A stretch of DNA of 64,000 nucleotides, taken from contig JBJOMY010000005.1 of the NCBI GenBank assembly GCA_046052125.1, positions 128,001-192,000 of the forward strand, in the 5' to 3' direction. The stretch comes from Cyanobacteriota bacterium (GTDB lineage: Bacteria > Cyanobacteriota > Cyanobacteriia > PCC-6307 > Cyanobiaceae). Below, one piece after another: positions 63,294-64,000 of this stretch (position 1 is the first letter of the stretch; every line of letters begins with the position of its first letter). The translations under genes and the position numbers were made by a program. Under the pieces are notes generated by a model that was given only the letters and a program-made list of their open reading frames with translations, searched no databases and was not told the origin of the DNA.

Positions 63294-63479
63294 ATTGCCT
63301 AAGCAGCCAATCCATCCACCGATCCTGGCCCTGATTGGGTGGATGAAGGTTCACCACAACCCCCACGCGGAACACCCTGTCCTCAAAGAACGCTTTCCAA
63401 AGAGATTGCGGGCGTTCCCACAGCGTTCGGGGGCCAGATGCGAGAATCGCACTTGACAACAAAACAGACATAAGCCCAA

Positions 63480-64000
63480 GTGCAAGGTCACACTCAGTCG
63501 ATCTCCTTCGATGGTCGGGAGATCCGGCTGACCACCGGCCGCTTTGCCCCCCAGGCAGGCGGTTCAGTGATGGTCGAATGCGGAGATACAGCCGTTCTGG
63601 TCACCGCCACCCGCTCCGGCGGTCGTGAAGGGATCGACTTCCTGCCCCTGATCTGCGACTACGAAGAGCGCCTCTACGCCGCTGGTCGCATCCCCGGCAG
63701 CTTCATGCGCCGCGAGAGCCGTCCCCCCGAGCGCGCCACCCTGATCGCGCGCCTGATCGACCGCCCGATGCGGCCGCTCTTCCCAAGCTGGATGCGCGAC
63801 GACCTGCAGATCGTGGCCACCTGCATGTCGCTCGATGAGCGCGTCCCGCCCGATGTGCTCGCCGTGACCGGCGCTTCCCTGGCCACCCTGCTGGCCAAGA
63901 TCCCCTTCCACGGCCCAATGGCGGCCGTGCGTGTGGGCCTGCTGGGCGACGACTTCGTGCTCAACCCCAGCTACCGCGAAATCGAGCGCTCGGAGCTCGA
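63480..64000 (+). CDS. pnp: Polyribonucleotide nucleotidyltransferase (5' part, runs off the window)
   Basis: Own translation from GTG 63480: [17 protein letters not shown]...[21 protein letters not shown]...[11 protein letters not shown]. Confidence 0.96.
   Translation, partial: MQGHTQSISFDGREIRLTTGRFAPQAGGSVMVECGDTAVLVTATRSGGREGIDFLPLICDYEERLYAAGRIPGSFMRRESRPPERATLIARLIDRPMRPLFPSWMRDDLQIVATCMSLDERVPPDVLAVTGASLATLLAKIPFHGPMAAVRVGLLGDDFVLNPSYREIERSEL

Overview
A GC-rich chromosomal segment from a picocyanobacterium (Synechococcus/Cyanobium-like, judged from chlG, petP, clpR/clpP, ycf81 and the gene order). It is mostly core genome: cell wall and division (murE, murA, ddl, ftsQ, ftsZ, PBP1), translation (rpsD, rpsN, lepA, serS, glyQ, miaB, rsmB, trmH), metabolism (trpC, lpdA, argD, folC, panB, ilvC, cobD, hisF, menG, mqo), four tRNAs, the SRP RNA and the start of pnp. 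Three accessory elements stand out. (1) A 639-bp DUF4160/DUF2442 toxin-antitoxin-like cassette with no mobility gene lies between 29-bp direct repeats. These duplicate the 3' end of an ATL/MGMT gene, and the displaced original tail still overlaps the rsmB start. (2) A ~10 kb block holds a two-component system, a major type IV pilin and two convergent sets of four minor pilins. One set is low-GC and includes a prepilin fused to RTX Ca-binding repeats. (3) An orphan protein appears to consist of two NHLP-leader-like repeats. All assignments come from motif recognition by eye; no database searches were run.
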